Assembly: GCA_951406725.2 (NCBI GenBank)
Contig: OX597823.1
Location: 20,956,001 to 21,020,000, forward strand
Direction: 5' to 3'
Length of the DNA stretch: 64,000 bases
Origin: Octopus vulgaris
Taxonomy: Eukaryota
The position numbers and the translations under genes are program-made. Of this stretch, positions 13,905 through 27,446 are shown in pieces; within the stretch, counting starts at the first letter, position 1; the number at the start of each line of letters is the position of its first letter. The notes beneath the pieces were generated by a model that was not told the DNA's origin, made no database searches, and saw only the letters and a program-made list of their open reading frames with translations.

Positions 13905-14640
13905 ATAGCAGGAGACCTCGTTCAGAAATTAGTATAAGCACTTAGAACTAGCATTGCGTCCAACCTACTGGCAGCGAGGTTCACCCTAGACCCACACTCC
14001 AACGCCAAACACGAAGAGCTAGATTGTGTGCTCTGAGGAACCAAGAGTTGGAGCCGCCCGAGGGGCCTGAGTAGAGGAGGCGCAACGAGGCAACAAAGCC
14101 ACCATTATGTCCTTGACAGATTAACAGGGGCGCGAATTACTCGAACCTGAAAGGATATGTGAGGCCTTTCAACAACACTTTGCCCAACTGTTCGGGACAA
14201 ATGGTATGTCGGGCCGCAGAGTGGACTTTAGTGCCTACCTGCATAGCCTGCCCCGACCCTCGGTAAGTGTAGCGAAAGACCCATTAAAAACGCGGATGTA
14301 TGGGATGCTATGACAGGCTGCGCGGGAGACAAGTCGCCAGGTTTGGATGGTCTGCCCTACGAACTTTATTGTCATATGCAAGACATGTTTGGAGACGACT
14401 CTGTAAAGCGAGGAGCGATGGCATTGCTAAATAAAGATACAAACAATGGGAACGTCATAGATAACTTCAGGCCCCAAAAGACATTTTAAGATATGCAAAG
14501 ATCAGGACTTAACTGCAGCTGTTGGTGGTCCAGATTAGATATGCAATCTATGTGGATGTCTTTTGAATGGATTGTCTGGTTTAAAAAGCCACATTAGACG
14601 CCATGATGAATCTAAAGTGTAGGCAAGGCATAGGAGTTGT
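13905..14640 (+). pseudogene. Degenerate L1/Tx1-like ORF2 fragment
   Basis: GC-richer island; aagtcgccaggtttggatggtctgccctacgaactttat = KSPGLDGLPYELY, followed by NFRP, the typical start of an L1-type RT. Confidence 0.6.
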
Positions 14641-14655
14641 TCAGACAACATACAT

Positions 14656-14757
<102 letters not shown>

Positions 14758-14803
14758 ATGTATACATACACACACACACATATATATATACATATATATA
14801 TAT

Positions 14804-14875
<72 letters not shown>

Positions 14876-14876
<1 letters not shown>

Positions 14877-15373
14877 GCATGGTCGGGTCGTCGGCGACTA
14901 AACCGGCAACCACACCATCCTTGCTTGGCGAGGAGGGTGTTTATTGCACACCCTGTGGGATGAAAAACAAAACCCATCAAAGAGAAGAGGAACTCTTGAG
15001 AGTCAACGGCCACCCAATAAATTCTTAAGGCTGGATCATGCGCCGAGACATAGAAATAATCGGACTGAATACCCGATCGCGCGGTTAAGCCATTGGGAGT
15101 GAACGACTCCTAGCCTTTGTTAGAGCATCCTTCTAGGGGAAGGTAACTCAGGTAACTGGGATAACTCCGATATAAAACCTGCGGCTTAGTGGTTACCGAT
15201 GATGTTGACTTGTTCTTCTTTTCGGATTATGGCTGGAGTTGCTTAGTGAGTGGGATTGACTCAGTGCACAGCTTTTCCCCACTTTAAAAAAATCTTCTTG
15301 CACAGGCATTGCACGATAACAACATTGATTAAGCTTCGTGCAATGGCCAAACTCGATAACGAGGGGGCAGCCA

Positions 15374-15376
<3 letters not shown>
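14876..15376. mobile_element. ~500-bp GC-richer non-coding insert in a (TA)n array, probably a non-autonomous element
   Basis: Sharp compositional boundaries, TA arrays on both sides, several hairpins, no credible ORF; single copy in the window. Confidence 0.45.
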
Positions 15377-15445
<69 letters not shown>

Positions 15446-15498
15446 TTATGTATGTATGTATGTATGTTTGTATGTATGTATGTATGTATGTATGTATG

Positions 15499-15541
<43 letters not shown>

Positions 15542-15689
15542 ATATATATTCAGTTTGAGGTTAAAATAGCCTCATTATGGGATAGTAATATCCAATGTAT
15601 TACTGGTTCATTGCCTAATATCTTTTTGAATAGTGATATTCATGATATAATACGTCTAAATACAAACTCTGGTTTATAAATAATCAAAA

Positions 15690-15830
15690 AAGAAAAACAA
15701 AAATTTAGAAAATGGAGATATAGCTTCAATATAATTTATTATCTACAAACATCCAACATATTCTCTTACAGCTGTTTCAATTTAGCTAAAAGATTAAAAT
15801 ACAGTAACTCAAGCATTATATTAGGCAATA
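15690..15830 (-). repeat. Inverted, diverged copy of 21075-21215 (pLTR-like, 3' half of a hammerhead motif)
   Basis: Reverse complement gives cctaatat..aatcttttagctaaattgaaacagctgtaagagaatat..atatctccattttctaaattt. Confidence 0.7.
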
Positions 15831-16266
15831 TGAAATAAACGCTCCTACTGGTATATTCAAGAGCCTTGAACAATCACGCCATGTTTAATTTATCTTTAAT
15901 ATAAGCATATTACATATAAGTAATGGTATGTATTCAACTAAAAACGTATATATATATATATATATAAATTTATAGATATAATTATGCCTGAAATACCCTA
16001 TTCAATCGTTGAAACGAGGAAAGCATTTTATATATTCACGTAGAAATATAAGTATCTTCAAAATATTAAGTAACTACTTTGTATATTCAATAATAATCTT
16101 TCTTTATCTCACTCACTAGATCGCTTGTACATACCCCTCTAATCCCATAGCTACTTTTATAAATAATCCCTCCGCCCTGACTTTTACCTAACTAATAAAT
16201 ATTTAACATATATACCTAAGTCTATTATTATTCCTTTACACATAAGTCCTAACGCTATAAGAACTA

Positions 16267-16514
16267 TTTGGTTGGTGCATATTATTGCGGCTTTTTTGCC
16301 AACATTTCATTAAAAAAAACAATAACAGTATGCAACTAAAACATCTTTTAATGATTATTCCGGAGCATATTCACCGTCTACTTCAATTACTGCTTCCGAT
16401 TTGCTTGGCAGACGGTCAGCCCATCATTTAAAGATGTTTTTGTTAAATATTGTTGTAGTTTTTGTTGAATAAAATTTGTTGAAAAAAAGCCACAATAATT
16501 ATGCACCGACCCAA
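16267..16514 (-). mobile_element. Mariner-derived non-autonomous DNA transposon (~250 bp)
   Basis: TIRs tt.ggt.ggtgcata.ttattg.ggctttt, TA on both sides; internal minus-strand LPSK.EAVIEVDGEY resembles a mariner transposase C-terminus. Confidence 0.8.
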
Positions 16515-16854
16515 TAATTTCTACTGATTAACGTATTGTACACATAATGATTAATTTTCTAATACTATTTTACCTTAAACCATTGCTAACCTTTATATCA
16601 GTTATCCAATATTCCAGAATGGAATTGCTACCCTTGATAATTTTTGTATCTGATATTTTCCACATAACTATTTTCATTAACTATTATAATAAATCTTCAA
16701 ATGCAAATCAGCATAAGATATGCACTCACATCATCATAATAATATATCTTCTGCATATATTTAATCCTCCATCATATATATTTACATATATATTTTTATA
16801 TAAATATCTTCGTATATCATTTGATATGTTATTTTAATGTTCTTTCATAATCTT

Positions 16855-17467
16855 TTTTTATCTACTCTAGGCACCAGGCCTAAAATTCCTGGAAGGGGGC
16901 TAGTGGATTAGATTGACCCCAGTACGCAACTGGTACTTAATTTATCGCTCCCGAAAGCATGAAAGGGAAAGTGGACCCCGGCGGAATTTGAACTCAGAAC
17001 GCAAAGACAGACGAAATACCGCTAAGCATTTCGCCCGGTGTGCTAACGTTTCTTATTTCTTTACTACCCGCAAGGGGCTAAACAAAGAGGGGACAAACAA
17101 GTACGGACAAAGGGATTAAGCCGATAACATCGACCCCAGTTCTTAACTGGTACTTAATTTATCGACCCCAAAAGGATGAAAGGTAAAATCGACCTCGACG
17201 GAATTCGAACTCAGAACGTAAAGGCAGACGAAATACCTATTTCTTTACTACCCCCAAGGGGCTAAACACAGAGGGTAGAAACAAGGACAGACAAACGGAT
17301 TAAGTCGATTACGTCGACCGCAGTGCGTAACTGGTACTTATTTATAGACCCCAAAAGGATGAAAGGCAAAGTCGAACTCGGCGGAATTTGAAATCAGAAC
17401 GTAGCGGCAGACGAAATACCGCTAAGCATTTCGCTCGGCATGCTAACGATTCTATCAGCTCGCCGTC
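16855..17467 (-). mobile_element. SINE family A trimer containing both junction types and both tails
   Basis: Three cores; junctions at ~17238 and ~17054; imperfect TSD ttaatg.tcttt at 16834 and 17468. Confidence 0.85.
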
Positions 17468-18057
17468 TTAATGCTCTTTAATACTACTGTATTACATCAC
17501 CAGAAAAAAATACATCCAGTATATTTCTATACTAACCAAATATGATAGATAGACTACTGTGCACACCAGGTGTATATTTCTAAAATATATAAATTAATAT
17601 TAGATTAAACACTATTCCTATATATAATATATTAGACTTCACCTTATATATATATATAATGAAAGTATTCGAAAAATTATATTTTGTAACACATATGCAA
17701 ATTCCATAATTATTCAGATAGCAATATCAATTTAATTAATAATCTTATTAATAGCTAAATATTAAATTATATGGCATTTTTCATAATACTATTAAATTTA
17801 ACACAAGCGTCCATGTCAATATCAACATATGTAGTGATTTGTGTGCAACGGGACTGTATATATATGAAAATTTTTATGCGCATTACATTTTCTGTAGTCT
17901 GATACACATATATATATGTGAATGGACGCGTAATTATACCTATGAATTTTTTGATATATATGCGTATTTAGTTGAATACATAAACTTACTTATATGTAAT
18001 GAGCCGATATAAATGTATATATGTATATATAGGTATACATATGCATATGTATATTTT

Positions 18058-18764
<707 letters not shown>

Positions 18765-19084
18765 ATATATATATATATGTAATAATTAATAATTACCTCC
18801 CTTTATATATTCAAATTTAACATTTAAAGTATTATTGATGTCACAAGCGACATTATCCCTAAATAATATTATTTTCAGTGATATAAGGGGCATTTCATTT
18901 TATAAACAAAGTACCTTTGTTTTCCGTTAGATCTACTTAATTATACAATACAAGAACGCTTCCTATTTTAAAATACTTCGCCAATCAAATTGTTTTTTGA
19001 CTTTGGTTGGTCGATATCAATATTTGCCAGCGGTGCGAGAATCATAATTTGCATATGTATGTAATTCTTGATTATATATGTATG

Positions 19085-19184
<100 letters not shown>

Positions 19185-19211
19185 CATGTACATATATATA
19201 TATATATATAT

Positions 19212-20377
19212 GTGGCTGCACAACTTCCTAAAAGACAGAAAACAGGCAGTTGTGAGCAATGGAGCCACCTCCAGGGAAACGCAAATAACAAGCGGTGTCC
19301 CACAGGGCACTGTCTTGGGGCCACTGATGTTCATAGTGGCCCTTTCAGACATGCCTTCAGTTGCTACGATGACCACCCTTGCTAGCTATGCAGATGACAC
19401 AAAAGTCTCCCACGCAATACAAAACCCTGAAAATATTGCGCATCTGCAACATGAGCTGGACACAATATACAGGTGGGCTGAGGACAACAACATGCAGTTT
19501 AATGCAGGTAAGTTCCAGGCCCTGCGCTACTGGCACACAAAGGTAAATGACGTGAAGACTGGATACACTGGCCCAGGAAGAATTGCAATCCCTGAGTCAA
19601 AATCAGTGCGTGACCTGGGCATTGACATGAGCAATGATGCATCTTTCCAAATGCATATTGCTAATCTGGTGATAAAATGCAGACGGCTAGCTGGATGGAT
19701 TCTCCGAACTTTCAGAACAAGAGAGAAGGAGACACTGATGGTCCTATGGAAAACATTTGTCCTCAGCCGCTTGGACTACTGCTCCCAACTTTGGTCACCA
19801 CACAATATAAAACAAACAGCAGAACTCGAAGCAACTCAGAGAAGCTACACAAAGAAAATCGTCTCAATGCAAAATGTCAGCTACTGGGAAAGACTGAAGG
19901 TATTAAACCTCTTCTCCCTGGAGCGGAGGCGGGAGAGATATGCAGTGATATACATCTGGAAAATCCTGGAGGGTCTTGTCCCAAACTTTGGCATTCAAAG
20001 TTACTCCAACCGCAGAACGGGGCGCCGCTGCGTGGTGCCAAGGATTCCAACATCACCATCAAAATACAGGTCCAGATACTGCAACAGCTTGGGTTTCAGA
20101 GGACCACAGCTCTTTAACATCCTCCCTAAATGCCTGAGAGACTTACATGGTGTGGATGTGGGTTTCTTTAAAACTAAACTGGATCTCTTCTTGTTGGGAG
20201 TCCCAGATGAACCTACCTCACGACAGGAGACACGGATGCGGGCAGCAGCATCGAACTCCCTTGTTGATCAAGTGCCACGTATCAGAGGTGGATTCACAAA
20301 CTAGTGTAGCTCATTCAGCGGTGGTGCCCCAGCATGGCCGCGGCCTTCGGGCTAAAACATTTTTAAGGATTTTAAGG

Positions 20378-20379
<2 letters not shown>
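19212..20379 (+). mobile_element. 5'-truncated CR1-group LINE; uninterrupted RT C-terminal ORF to 20304, short 3' UTR and (ttttaagga)2 tail
   Basis: [51 protein letters not shown]; inserted in (TA)n. Confidence 0.9.
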
Positions 20380-20427
<48 letters not shown>

Positions 20428-20805
20428 GTGTGTATGTGTGTGTATTTGTGTGTGTATGTGTATAATGGTGTAGAAGCTTTACGAAATAACGTGTGTTATG
20501 TATAATTGTTGACATATACATCTATAAGTGAGTATATATAAACGTAGGTACATGAATGCGTATGTATGTGTATATATACACATATGTGTGGTTATTTTTG
20601 TGGTTATGTATACGCATTCGTTCACGCTAATAAGTGTACGTGTATTTTCATGTGAGCGTACATTACATATATTTGTATCCAATATTTGTCTACGTGAGAT
20701 TTAAGTGTGTATATGTGTATGTATATTTACATATATGCATATATTGTTACTTAGATGTGCATTTATATGAATATGTACGTGCATATACACGCACACACAC
20801 ACACA

Positions 20806-20841
<36 letters not shown>

Positions 20842-21062
20842 ATGTGTTAAAAGATGTTTTATCTAATTTTTCACATTAATTTTCCTCAATTCTATGAATA
20901 AATTATTACCCAGATTTTATTCACATTATCCATTACCCACTAGAACAACCTATGAACCCCTGGTCCAAGTTTATACCAATATTAGCCACAAAATAATATT
21001 CAATCTGCCAAGATGATTCGAAAGCACAACATCTAATCATCTAACAGTATATCTTTTCTACA

Positions 21063-21143
21063 CCCTCTGATGAGATTTTGCCTAATATTATGATTCAATT
21101 ATTGTAATTTAATCTTTTAACTAAATTGAAACAGCTGTAAGAG
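21063..21143 (+). ncRNA. Type I hammerhead motif with long stem II and palindromic stem III
   Basis: ccct-CTGATGA-gattt...aaatt-GAAA-cagctg-TA-agag; one mismatch in stem I. Confidence 0.6.
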
Positions 21144-21211
21144 AATATTTTGGATTCTTGCAGATAATAAATTATATTAATGTTATATCTCCATTTTCTA
21201 AATTTTCTTTT

Positions 21212-21255
<44 letters not shown>

Positions 21256-21287
21256 ACGCACACACTTATATATACTCATATATATAC

Positions 21288-21319
<32 letters not shown>

Positions 21320-21479
21320 ATATGTATATATGTATGTATGTATGTATATACGCATGTATAATTCAACAATCATTGAGTAAACATATTACGAGCGAAACTA
21401 AGCATATTAAGAACAAAATAAGCAATCATATAAAATAATATATTACTTTAATGTATTTCAAATTTTGAGTAAAATATCT

Positions 21480-23085
21480 ATGACCTTAGATGAAAAGGTT
21501 TGACTTGCGTCTAAAGATAAAATACAATTTACAAAAGCAATATAACCACTACCACAAACATCGGTGTCACCACCATCGGTAACACAAAAAATGCAGCGAG
21601 CACCTCAGCTACTACCAAATGAATCATCCCATCTTCCTCTGAACCCCTATATCCCACTTACTTTCTTATAACCTTAGGAATAAAATTTTGCTCAGGCATA
21701 TTAATTCTATGCTTCTTTTGGTTTTTGCTATATCTTTGCTGTAGATAATTGATGTTTGTCTCCGCTATCGGATTATACTTGCCTAAAGTTATTTGGAAAG
21801 AAGCCATCAAGTAGAACTGAAGATTGAAGTGCGAAAAAGAGCAGCAGAGTAATTTCTCTAGATATCTTGATGTTTTAGAAAAGAGTTGACGCAAGTGAAA
21901 AGTCAGCCACATTGTTGACGTCCACAGAGCGAACAATACTTGAGAATGGAAAGGAAATTATGTTAAGTGCTCAAGAGGCTAGCCCTTTTATTGTTGCCAT
22001 CACATGTTTCCATAGATTTAATGGGAAATTCAAAATGGAACGGTCCTTGATTATATCGCTCGTAGATCACACTCAACGTAATGTGCCGATAAGCACGAGA
22101 GCAATTAAAAAAAAGCCAAATGTCTCTATGATGAGTTGCAGTAAAAAGAAGGTGAAACTTCTACTGAAAACATTTACTGACTTGTAAAGTCATGTAAGAA
22201 ACGTTTAAGCATATATTCAAGATGTTAGCACTGATAAAGAAGCTGTGACTAATTAGCTGAGCACCTGATTACTAAAGGGGACAGGATACCACAGTATGCA
22301 CTCAATGTTGAGAAAACTGCATTTTTCCAGAATCTCAAGTCTGTTAGCATTTTATTTCTCAAGAAGAAAAGTCAACAACATGATTTAAAAATTCCAAAAA
22401 TTATCTGACGCTTCCTTTGTTAAGAAATGCCGTCGGCGATATGAAATAAAAGGATCTACTCGTATATGGAAGAGCTTTGAAGAGCCATGCCATGTTTAAT
22501 TTATCTTTAATTTGATGTGGAAATAAAAAGGTATGAATAAAAAAGAGCCTTTCCGAAAAGTGATTTACAAATATTTTTTGGCTGCCGTAGAAACATAGGG
22601 TGTGAGGCACAATATTTTCAACAAAACGTTGCTCCTTGTATGCAATGCGCCAACTCACACGGTTAATAGCTCACACAGAAGATAAACAGTTAGAGAGACT
22701 CCTGGAAATAATTCACCGCAATGGATACTTTGCTGAAGAGTTTACTCGTCTCGTAACTCACACATAACATAGCTGAGTTATACTATAATTGTATTCCTCA
22801 ACTTTGAATGGTGCCTGGAAAAATATATGGCCAAACTGTACTCGCGACATTATAAGTTTTCCACAAGCAGAAAATCTACATCAATTTTGAGAAGGCATTT
22901 TAATAATTGCAAATGTTTTAGAGTTTGAGGAAATCATAGAGGGTGATTCAATTGAGCTTCTCATAGTGAAAGTTTATCGAACGAAGAGTTAATACTGCTA
23001 GAATAAGAGCAAGCAGACGACACGAATGTAAATATTGAGATTTCACCAACTCTATTTTAATTGATTTCAAAGAACATTGCAAAGG
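21480..23085 (+). pseudogene. Highly degenerate Tigger/pogo-like transposase remnant
   Basis: Scattered peptides TLDEK, CFHRF, NGAWKNIWP, FEEI.E.D..EL in plausible order; no intact ORF or TIR seen. Confidence 0.35.
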
Positions 23086-23641
23086 GATGGCATTTATAGA
23101 GGACTAAACAACATCATGTATAATCAATTATAACAACACTAGTACTAACACCTGCAATTAAAGACAAATTTCTTTTAATAAAAACTGCAACAACTAAAAC
23201 GATTCCAATTGTCATAACAACTTCTGTAGCTATTTTATGAAAAATGATATCAACCACAACACTGTAAAGAACATACACTATAACAATATGGACAACAACA
23301 ACATTAACAAAAGCAAAATGTAAAACAATAATAAAAAAGAAAACAGCATTAAGAAATACTTGACACAATCAATTATTCTAAGAAAATTGAATTAGTGTTT
23401 GTTGATTCTTTAATACACTCCATATGTCTGCGCATGTGAATCTGCGTGAATGTATATATGTGTGTTTTCTGCTTGTGTCTTCCACAACCTTCTACGCAGG
23501 TGTGTTTTATATGTCTATATGACTGTGTGTGATTACGTCTGTAACAGTGTGTAAGGTGTCCGTATCTTTGCGTATATATGCATATATTCTTCTCTCTCTC
23601 CATATATATATGGATGCACAACACACAGATGCACAAACACA

Positions 23642-23703
<62 letters not shown>

Positions 23704-24091
23704 ATATATATATATATACATAAAGTGTGTTTGTGCGTCTGTGTATTTATGTGTATATAACCTAATATAATAAAAATCCCACGGGCTCTTAAGCTATAAA
23801 GTCCCTGGCATTTAACCTATTCTCAATAGATTTGTTCTTCAAAGGTTGATCAAACACGTCAGTCATCATTAACCGATATTCAATTATATTTGTTTTCATT
23901 ATTTACCAAGATACGTTTATGCATTAATCATAACATTTCCATGGGTTCCTCGGTGTTTAATGTGGTAAAGGGTTTAAAAATTCACGTTTAAATAGTTAAC
24001 CAATAGATCGAACTTCTGATCGAAATGCTTGCAACATATCTAGACTCTGTGAAGGACATACAAGAACTATATGCTCTGAGCCGAGACGTAT

Positions 24092-24888
24092 TCTTATCTA
24101 TTTAAAGCCCAGAAGGGCTACACACAGAGGGTACAAAGAAGGACAGAAATACGGATTAAGTCGATTATGCCGACCCCAGTACGTAACTGGTACTTATTTA
24201 ATCAACCCCGAAAGGATGAAGGGCAAAGTCGACCTCGGCGGAATTTGAACTCAGAACGTAGCGGCAGACGAAATACCTATTTCTTTACTACCTACAAGGA
24301 GCTAAATACAAAGAGGGCAAACAGGGACAGACAAACGGATTAAGTCGATAATATCGATCCCAGTGCGTAACTGGTACTTATTTAATCGACCCCGAAAGGA
24401 TGAAAGGCAAAGTCGACCTCGGCGTAATTTGAACTCAGAACGTAGCGGCAGACAAAATACCTATTTCTATTTCTTTACTCCCCACAAGGGACTACACACA
24501 GAGGGGACAAACAAGGACAGAAAAACGGATTAAGTCGATTAATTCGACCCCCGTACGTAACTGGTACTTATTTAATCGATCCCGAAATGATAAAAGGCAA
24601 AGTTGACCTCGGCGGAATTTGAACTCAGAACGTAGCTGCAGATGAAATACCTATTTCTTTATTACCCACAAGGGGCTAAACACAGAGGGGACAAACAAGG
24701 ACAGACATAGGTATTAAGTCGATTACATAGACCCCAGTGCGTAACTGGTACTTAATTTATCGACCCCGAAAGGATGAGAGGCAAAGTCGACCTCGGCGGA
24801 ATTTGAACTCACAATGTAACGCAACGCAGACGAAATACCGCTAAGCATTTCGCCCGGTGTGCTAACGTTTCTGCCAGCTCGCCGCCTT
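24092..24888 (-). mobile_element. SINE family A tetramer within one 15-bp TSD
   Basis: TSD tgagccgagacgtat at 24077-24091 and 24889-24903; one head and four ~185-bp core-tail units. Confidence 0.92.
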
Positions 24889-26815
24889 TGAGCCGAGACG
24901 TATGCTACCACGCAAAAAGAAGTACAGTCCATTCTATGAGTGAATTTTCTTGCTCAAGATGCCACACAAAGGAATTATATTTGAAAAATGTGTTAACGAA
25001 AAAAACATCGAAGTAGCATTGCATGACCTGGAAAGGAAAGAGTGAAGAACAAAAATAGTGAAACAGGAGTTGAAAAGAAAATGAATGAAGATGCAGACGT
25101 AGAAAGAAAGGAGAGTTTGTACTACTTTCGCTGGTTGTATGCAGCCTATTCCCTGAACTATGATAATGATGGACACAATCATTTACGTTAATGTTATAGG
25201 TGGGAGGTGTATATTCATTAGGAACGTTTTAAGGTTTATGATTATCTAAAAGAAAGTAGGGCGAAAAAAGCGAGGAAGACGAATAAGATAGAATTACATT
25301 TGCATAAATGTTGAAAAATAACAAAAGGAAAAAAAGAGAAAAATGTTAGTTGTATAAAGAAGAGAAAGAAAACAAGGTTTATACGGAGAAAGAAATATAA
25401 TGACAGCACCGAAAAGATGAATGATCACTATGTAAATATAATGAGAGAAGATTTATTTTATCTAGATTAAAAAATCAATAGAAAAATTCAAATTCTTTCT
25501 TCCTTTTTACAAATTATGTGAAAAGAAAAGTCAGTATATTGAATTCTCAGATTTCTGCGAAATGCTTTGGAATAAAACAAATAAAAAATTTTTGATATAA
25601 AATGTGAGTTCAAAAGCAGAACTCTAAATAATGATGGAATAGGCTGTGTATAAAACACTAAGAAGCATCTTAGTAATTTCTGAAAAATGTAATTGACATT
25701 ATTTTGTTCCTGTCGCTAGAAGGTGATACGGGTCCTCTCCCCTGCTCGCAATATATCGGATGCGCGTTGCATAATTTTCCAGCTTGAGAAAATATCCTCT
25801 TGGGGTAAAAAAATCGCAGTAGCAGCTATTCGTACGGAACAGCTATGTTGAAGTGGCAACAAGCATTACTTGCATTTGACAGTCAATATTCCAAATTGTA
25901 ATAGAGAATTATGTCCCATATATTAAACTTAGTTTAGTGAAGTCAATTCAAATCTGGTTCCTTCCTAAAATTCTGTTTGTTGAGAAAACGCGTTATTATG
26001 AAGAATGTTTCGTAGTTATACGGTAGCAAACACGTTCACTTAGGCATAGAGAGGAGAGAAACACATCCCACTTTTGCAACACACCTAGATTATAAGGGAT
26101 GAAAACATTACAAAACATAAGCTATTGTGGTCTGTGATAGAATTAACCATAAACTTTTTATGGTTCTGCTCCTCTGTTTTTGAAAATATACATTCTTTTT
26201 AATTGCCGAAATTGAAGAATGAACAAATTTCAAAATATCATCACCAAATCAAATTAAGTCGCTAAATTTTATCCGACATACTGGTTAAATAAGCTATAAT
26301 TTCTTTTAGAAGTGCCTCGTTGATATATAAATAAATAACGTTTGAATGGTTACAGTTGTATTCATAACAAGCGTTTTATGATAACGATTCTTATAGCAGC
26401 TAATTGTTGGCCAAATCTGTTTCCCAGGAGGCTGAACAGTTTTATTAAACTTGTCTTCATAAAAGGAAATAAAATTCGAATTAGATTATTGAACCTTGTA
26501 TGTATTTTCGCTTCATTCATTTACTTATAGACCAATGGACTTCACGATGCATATAGTACCAATATAAAATTATACGTATGTATGTTTGTCGTCCATATAC
26601 TATCGAAGTAATAAATATGATTAGAATCGCCTATATAAGATTGTAAATTATAAATAAAAAACCATCATTCGTATCGAAAATTAAAAGGGAATACGAAAAA
26701 CTGTAAGAAATCCCTTTTGATTACCATAGTAATTGTTTTTGCTGTTGCTGCTCTTTTTCTTCATCTTCTTCCTATTAATATTATTATTATTGTTGGTGTT
26801 GTTGTTGTTGTTGTT

Positions 26816-26865
<50 letters not shown>

Positions 26866-26888
26866 TGTTGTTGTTGTTGTTGTTGTTA

Positions 26889-27330
26889 AGGCGGTGAGCT
26901 GGCAGAATTGCTAACACGCCGGAAAAATGCTTAGCAGTATTTTGTCTGTCGCTACGTTCTGACTTCATATTCTGCCGAGGTTGACTTTGCCCTTCATCCC
27001 TTCGAGGACAATATATTATATACCAGTTGCGAACTGCGGTAGATATAATCGATTGGCCCTTTCGCCAAAAAATTTTCAGGTCTTGTGCCTATAATAGAAA
27101 AAAGTATTGTTGTTATTGCTGTTGTTGTTATTAAGGCGGTGAGCTGGCAGAATCGTTAGCAGGTTGGGGAAAATGCTTAGATTGATTTTATCCGTATTTA
27201 CGGTCTGAGCTCAAATTCCGCTGAGGCCAACTTTGCCCCTTTCTCCCTTCGGGATCGATAAAATAAGTACCAATCTAGCTGTGGAATTGGTGTAACCTTC
27301 CCCGAAATTACTGGCTTTGTGCCAAAATAT
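26889..27330 (+). mobile_element. Two older SINE family A copies with tail 2
   Basis: Heads ggcggtgagctggcagaat at 26889 and 27135, separated by a short TTG/TTA tract. Confidence 0.75.
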
Positions 27331-27343
27331 GGAATCATTATTA

Positions 27344-27398
<55 letters not shown>

Positions 27399-27446
27399 CA
27401 TTATTATTATTATCATCAACATCATCATCATTATTATTATTATTAT

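Noticed and set aside
24092-24888. Regularly spaced repeats resembling a CRISPR array
   Set aside because: Whole ~185-bp units repeat with no unique spacers; tRNA-like head, TSD, eukaryotic context and no cas genes.
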